A stretch of DNA of 60,113 bases, counting the filler, from Spirochaetales bacterium (GTDB lineage: Bacteria; Spirochaetota; Spirochaetia; Treponematales; UBA12059): NCBI GenBank assembly GCA_016928955.1. It is 2 parts of 2 records of this genome, joined end to end, with 100 filler letters (N's around TTAATTAATTAA, not from the genome) between each part and the next. Parts side by side here need not be neighbours in the genome. Positions count along the whole stretch, not along the records: positions 29,108 to 60,113 come from JAFGJV010000001.1; 1 more part is not named here. One strand, 5' to 3'. Both the position numbers and the translations under genes were made by a program. Positions 55,618-60,113 of this stretch are shown piece by piece. Numbering within the stretch: position 1 is the stretch's first letter; every line of letters starts with the position of its first letter. Under the pieces are notes generated by a model, which saw only the letters and a list, made by a program, of their open reading frames with translations, searched no databases and had not been told where the DNA came from.

Positions 55618-56802
55618 ATGAAGGAAGAGTACGAGTTCCAGCTCGAGGACTACATGCCCCGCGAGCGCTTCGAGCGCTTCAAGGAATTCGCCAAGGACAA
55701 GGAAACCCCCTGTCTCATCCTGGATCTCGATATCGTACGGGGAAAGTACGACGAGCTGCGCAAAAATCTTCCCTTTGGCAAGATCTACTACGCGGTCAAG
55801 GCCAATCCCAACGACGAAGTCGTGTCTCTGCTCCGGGACCTCGGGTCGAATTTCGACGTGGCCACCCGCTTTGAGCTGGACCAGCTCCTGCGCCTGGGCG
55901 TGTCGCCCGACCGCATGAGTTTTGGCAACACCATCAAGAAAGAAAAGGACATAGCCTACTTCTACGAAAAAGGCGTACGGCTCTTTGCCACGGACAGCTT
56001 TGAGGACGTGGACAAGCTTGCCCGCGCGGCGCCCAAATCCAGGGTGTTCTTCCGCATCCTGACCGAGGGACTCGGCGCCGACTGGCCGCTGTCCCGCAAG
56101 TTCGGCTGCCATCCTGAGATGACCCGCAACCTCATCCTGCACGCCCGCGACCTCGGTCTCGAGCCGTACGGAATATCCTTCCACGTGGGCAGCCAGCAGC
56201 GCGACATAGGCCAGTGGTCCACGGCTCTGTCGTCGGTTACGTCCATTTTCACCTGGGCGGAAGACCACGGCGTCAAGCTCAAGATGATCAACATGGGCGG
56301 CGGCTTCCCGGCCAACTACACCGACCCGACCAATCCCATAGAGCACTACGCCGGCGACATCACCAGCTTCCTCAAGAACAACTTTGGCGACGAGTTGCCC
56401 GAGATCATCATCGAGCCGGGGCGGTCCATGGTGGGCGACTGCGGCGTGATCGTCACCGAGATCGTCAACATAGCCAAGAAGAGCACCCACGACCTGTACC
56501 ACTGGGTATTCCTTGACATAGGCAAATTCGGCGGGCTCATAGAGACCCTGGACGAGGCCATCAAGTATCCCATCTACTTTGAGAAGCGCGGCCCGACCCT
56601 GGACATCATCCTGGCCGGCCCAACCTGCGACAGCATGGACATACTGTACGAGAAGCACTCGTACGACATGCCAGCCGGCACCAAAATCGGCGAGCGCGCG
56701 TACATACTGACAACGGGCGCCTATACCCAGAGCTACAGCTCGATCTATTTCAACGGTTTCCCGCCGCTGTCGGCCTACGTCATGGGCCACAGCAAAGCGT
56801 AG
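55618..56802 (+). CDS. Type III PLP ornithine/lysine decarboxylase
   Basis: YYAVKAN, KFG, SFHVGSQ, GGGF, EPGR and GPTCDS; promoter TTGACA-17-TATGTT at 55535-55563. Confidence 0.92.
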   Translation: MKEEYEFQLEDYMPRERFERFKEFAKDKETPCLILDLDIVRGKYDELRKNLPFGKIYYAVKANPNDEVVSLLRDLGSNFDVATRFELDQLLRLGVSPDRMSFGNTIKKEKDIAYFYEKGVRLFATDSFEDVDKLARAAPKSRVFFRILTEGLGADWPLSRKFGCHPEMTRNLILHARDLGLEPYGISFHVGSQQRDIGQWSTALSSVTSIFTWAEDHGVKLKMINMGGGFPANYTDPTNPIEHYAGDITSFLKNNFGDELPEIIIEPGRSMVGDCGVIVTEIVNIAKKSTHDLYHWVFLDIGKFGGLIETLDEAIKYPIYFEKRGPTLDIILAGPTCDSMDILYEKHSYDMPAGTKIGERAYILTTGAYTQSYSSIYFNGFPPLSAYVMGHSKA

Positions 56803-56815
56803 ATCCAGCCCACGC

Positions 56816-56854
56816 AAAAAGGCCGTCCCCGGGTCACCCCCAGGGACGGCCTTT
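56816..56854. terminator. Bidirectional terminator
   Basis: A5-GGCCGTCCC...GGGACGGCC-TTT between convergent genes. Confidence 0.75.
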
Positions 56855-56869
56855 GTATAGTAGGGCCCT

Positions 56870-58180
56870 TCAGCGCTTGTCGGACCCGGCCAGCTCGGCC
56901 GCCGCCGCGTATATCTCCGAATACAGGGCGGGAATATCCTCTTCCTCCACGCTCGAGAAAGCGACGCGCAGCCAGCGTTCCGCTATGGATATGGTGCCGA
57001 TGCCTTTGTCCTCCAGTAGCTTCTGGCGCAGAACCTCAGCTGAATAGCCGTCGCAGCGGAAGCACATGAAATATCCCGAGTTGAACGGCAGCGCTTTGAG
57101 GCCCTCTGGTTCTGGATGCCCGGATATGTAAGCCTTGGTCGCGCGGTACCGGCTTTCCAGCAGGGTGTGGAATTCCGCCTTTTGCCGCCCAAAACTCGGG
57201 TCAGCCATTGCCTTGAGCAAAATATGCTGGGTGGGAGCAGCCGAGTTGGATATGCTCGAGCGGATCACGCCCATGAGCTTTTTTACCAGGGCGTTGTACG
57301 CGGCGTCCGTCATCCCAGCGGAAGCAAGGGTCACAAAACCGCCCCGGAAGCCCCATACGTAATCTTCCTTGGTGGGTCCGTCCACCTTGGCCGCCAGTAT
57401 CCGGGGATGGGCCTGTGCCAGCACGGCAAAAATGCTCTCCCGCAACGAACCGTCCTCGTACTGCAGGCCGAAATACGCGTCGTCCGCTACCACGAGGAGA
57501 TCCACCCCTGACTCGGCAACCCGGACCAGGGCGGCCTTGATATCCTGGGCCTCTTCCACGCTCGGCGTATATCCGGTTGGATTGTTGGGGAAATTGAGGA
57601 CGACAACGGCCTTGTTCCGCCCTGCTGCCGCTTGCCTGGCCGCTTGCTCCATGCCCGTGGCGTTGAAGCGGCCATCGTCCCCAAAAAATGCATAGGAACT
57701 CAGCCTGGCGCCCTTGCGCTCCTCCATGATAAGCCGGTAGTTCGGCCAGAACATGTCCGCGACCACCACCGGGTCACCCGCCGCCACAAAGAGGTCGGCC
57801 AGGTAGGATATGCCGGCGGTGAGGCCGGGCACCACAACGGGCAGGGAAAAGCGTCCGGCGGACAGCGACGGGTTCTTCCGTACCAGTTCGGCACGCCAAG
57901 CTTCCCTGAGCGTGTTCACGCCGGCGGTCGGCGCGTAGGCCACGGCTTCCCTCGGGCTCAGGCTCGGCAGCTGGGATCGCACAGCGTCCAGGATCAGCGG
58001 CTGTCCCTTTGAAAAAGCCATGCCTATGGTCGCGTTGAAACGGTGGGCCTTTTCGTTGGCCTCGGCGCTCTGAGCCAGAATGCCCTTTGGGAAATACATA
58101 CGGGCGCCCGAGTCCGATAGCAGGCGGCCAGCGCAGGTGTCGGCAAGGACGCGATTAAGGTCGTCCGCCAGCGCGTTCAT
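56870..58180 (-). CDS. Class I/II PLP aminotransferase
   Basis: NATIG, NFPNNPTGY, DDAY and DGPTKEDYVWGFR; promoter TTGACA-17-TTTAAT at 58349-58321. Confidence 0.9.
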   Translation of the reverse strand: MNALADDLNRVLADTCAGRLLSDSGARMYFPKGILAQSAEANEKAHRFNATIGMAFSKGQPLILDAVRSQLPSLSPREAVAYAPTAGVNTLREAWRAELVRKNPSLSAGRFSLPVVVPGLTAGISYLADLFVAAGDPVVVADMFWPNYRLIMEERKGARLSSYAFFGDDGRFNATGMEQAARQAAAGRNKAVVVLNFPNNPTGYTPSVEEAQDIKAALVRVAESGVDLLVVADDAYFGLQYEDGSLRESIFAVLAQAHPRILAAKVDGPTKEDYVWGFRGGFVTLASAGMTDAAYNALVKKLMGVIRSSISNSAAPTQHILLKAMADPSFGRQKAEFHTLLESRYRATKAYISGHPEPEGLKALPFNSGYFMCFRCDGYSAEVLRQKLLEDKGIGTISIAERWLRVAFSSVEEEDIPALYSEIYAAAAELAGSDKR

Positions 58181-58512
58181 GAACTACCCCCTTTGCCCGC
58201 GGAACCGTGCCCGCCCTGTAGGGCGGGCCGTGGACCCGGGTGCGGCGCCCGCAACTATGGATACCCGCAGTCCGGCCGCGCCGGCCAATCTCGGGTTTTG
58301 CCCGTTACGGGGGCATAGCGATTAAATCGCGGGGCCGGACCCCTGTCAAGCAAGCGCGTCGGCCCAACACATCAAACCTTGCACCGCTGGGCACATGGGT
58401 ACTATGATACAGTCGTCGCTACGGTTCATATCCCACAGACAGCGACCCCGCGTCGCTATGGCTAACCAGCCCGCCGGTGAAAGCCCCCGGGCGCTTGGAA
58501 GGGGTTCATGCC

Positions 58513-58818
58513 ATGCTTAAAAAGAAATACGAAGCGGACGGCGCTTCCTGCAACGTGAGCTTTGTTATCAAGGCCGACGAGGCAGAGGGCTTTCAGACAG
58601 CGTCCGTTGTTGGCGATTTCAATAATTGGGACGTGACAGCACATCCCATGAAGCGCTCAAAAAAAGGCGATTTTGAGGCACGTCTGCTGCTGGCCGCCGG
58701 CAAGGAATACCAGTTTCGCTATTACATAGACGGCGAGCGCTGGGTAAACGACTGGAACGCGGACAAGTACAATGAAACACCGTATGGCGACGCCGAAAAC
58801 TGCGTGGTCATTGTCTGA
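58513..58818 (+). CDS. Stand-alone isoamylase early-set / CBM48-like domain protein
   Basis: VVGDFNNW, YQFRY.IDG..W.ND and EN motifs. Confidence 0.85.
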   Translation: MLKKKYEADGASCNVSFVIKADEAEGFQTASVVGDFNNWDVTAHPMKRSKKGDFEARLLLAAGKEYQFRYYIDGERWVNDWNADKYNETPYGDAENCVVIV

Positions 58819-59026
58819 GGCAACACGCCAGTCCACAAGCCCTCACAGGCCACTTTTCGATACAATTGTAACTATTGACATTTTTGAGCATTACAGCTTT
58901 AGTATATTCGGCTTCCGGGGTGATATTTCCCTTGGCCGCCATGCCAAACTCAGTGGTTTGGCTGTCTAAAACTGACGCTCACGTGAGCGTTCAGCTCTAT
59001 CACGGTGCCTAGGCACGGAGGATGAC

Positions 59027-59842
59027 ATGAAGAAGATCGTATTGGCCATCACGGCCATCGCCATGGTGTTTGCCGTGGCCGCCGTGAGCGCCCAGGCAAA
59101 GCTCAAGGATGGGTTCTACTTTGCCCAGGAAGACGCCTTCCAGTCCAGTGGCTGGCTGTATCAGGTCGTCCTCCAGGTAAAAGGTGGCAAAATAGTGGCC
59201 GCCAACTGGAACGGCATCAACAACAAGGGCGTCATGGACAAAAAGACCGAGGCGGCCGAGGGCCGGTACGGCATGCTCAAAGCGTCTAAGCTCGGCAAGG
59301 AATGGCACGAGCAGGCCGCCGCCGTGGAAAAATACCTGATCGACACCCAGGACACGGCTTTCAATAAATACACCACCGACGCCGGCAACACAGACGCCAT
59401 AGCCGGAGCGACCATCCACGTCAAGGAATTCTTTGACCTGGTCAAGAAGGCCATCGCTGCCGGTCCCGTGTCCAAGGGCAGCTACAAGAAGGACGGCTGG
59501 TTCTACTCCATGGCCACCACGCCCGACAAGAGCGGCTACAAGGCCACCGCCCTGATCACCGTTGTCAACGGCCGCATCGTCAGCGTCAACCTGAACGCCG
59601 TGCACAAGGACGGGGGCGACTCCAAGTTCGTCCGCGCCGTCAAGGGCACCTATAAAATGAACGCAAAGCAGGGAGAATGGCACATCCAGGTTCCCCGCAT
59701 TGAGGCAGAGATCGTCAGGCTCCAGGACCCCTCCAAGCTCAAGGTCAAGAGCGACGGCAAGACCGACGCCATTTCTGGCGTGTCCATCACCGTTAATGAG
59801 ATGACCGCCGTCATCGCCGAAGCCCTGAAAAAGGCAAAGTAA
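59027..59842 (+). CDS. Secreted protein with two tandem FMN-binding domains
   Basis: Signal peptide; two repeats beginning KDG.Y/F and ending DAIAGAT / DAISGVS; GGAGG SD. Confidence 0.82.
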   Translation: MKKIVLAITAIAMVFAVAAVSAQAKLKDGFYFAQEDAFQSSGWLYQVVLQVKGGKIVAANWNGINNKGVMDKKTEAAEGRYGMLKASKLGKEWHEQAAAVEKYLIDTQDTAFNKYTTDAGNTDAIAGATIHVKEFFDLVKKAIAAGPVSKGSYKKDGWFYSMATTPDKSGYKATALITVVNGRIVSVNLNAVHKDGGDSKFVRAVKGTYKMNAKQGEWHIQVPRIEAEIVRLQDPSKLKVKSDGKTDAISGVSITVNEMTAVIAEALKKAK

Positions 59843-59864
59843 GCATCATCTCTCCGCGACTATC

Positions 59865-59892
59865 AAGGCCGCCCCTCGGGGCGGCCTTTTTT
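59865..59892 (+). terminator. Rho-independent terminator
   Basis: AAGGCCGCCCC-TC-GGGGCGGCCTT followed by T-run. Confidence 0.85.
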
Positions 59893-60113
59893 CTCAGTTC
59901 ACCGCCACTCCCCTCTCATGCCGCTTGGCAAGACTGACCCCAGAGACACAGAGCACGACCATGGAAAATCGCTGGAGTACCCCCCCGTGTCCCAAGGACC
60001 TAAACTGTAAAGCTAGCCGAAGGTCTGCGGGTGGACGAGCATACTGCACTGTATGTGAGTCCTCACGCGGACCTGAGCACCGCCGCGATCCGCCTGCTCT
60101 TTTTCTGAAAGGA

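Noticed and set aside
54514..56817. 767-aa antisense ORF and other long shadow ORFs (e.g. 5931-7550, 46297-47718, 16337-17692)
   Set aside because: They lie opposite well-supported genes, have no motifs, and are expected from stop-codon scarcity at high GC
58181..58315. Riboswitch (c-di-GMP-I or SAM-I) in the aminotransferase leader
   Set aside because: GC-rich hairpins and a GGGCAAA are present, but the GNRA loop/GACGCAAAG and the SAM-I core sequences are absent
58907..59026. FMN riboswitch upstream of the FMN-binding gene
   Set aside because: GGGGTGATATTTCCC only loosely resembles the P2 loop; the ACCGGTGG, CCGACAGT and AGTCTGGATG core elements are missing

Overview
GC-rich bacterial chromosomal window, most likely from a spirochaete (PlzA-type PilZ protein, spirochaete-style MCP, GerMN, TPR and tandem FMN-binding proteins; inference). 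An artificial 100-bp contig join (N44-TTAATTAATTAA-N44, 29008-29107) splits it, so adjacency across that point is unproven. Left part: a receiver protein, an NhaC-family transporter, a CoA-transferase A/B plus thiolase operon, bacteriohemerythrin, an MCP, pepT and a divergent membrane-USP-PTS IIA protein. These are followed by a divergent ycj-type sugar cluster (glucosylglycerate phosphorylase, GH65, YcjSRQ, LacI, ABC NOP) and a repeat-bracketed accessory block (bacterial PARG, a yehZYXW-like ABC whose binding protein carries a nonsense codon, an orphan Rieske oxygenase). Right part: SDR, a HisKA_2 sensor, an ORP-like cluster (DUF5320, two MinD-4Fe4S ATPases, NifX-like protein, Mrp, DUF134-NifX), EamA, a sigma54-driven small membrane protein next to a polyferredoxin locus, a two-component pair, a class III cyclase, a MalE-like protein, recQ, gcvT-H-PA-PB, arfB, GerMN, TPR, PilZ, PfkB, ornithine/lysine decarboxylase, an aminotransferase, CBM48 and an FMN-binding protein. 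The main non-annotated signals are: (1) a dispersed 23-bp terminal-inverted-repeat family that forms a 145-bp MITE, brackets the accessory genes and precedes a gap-truncated ORF; (2) many genes with canonical sigma70 promoters placed to give leaderless mRNAs; (3) a complete sigma54 promoter/enhancer module; (4) several operator palindromes. No rRNA, tRNA, CRISPR array or canonical riboswitch was recognised. All functional calls come from motif recognition by eye, not database searches.
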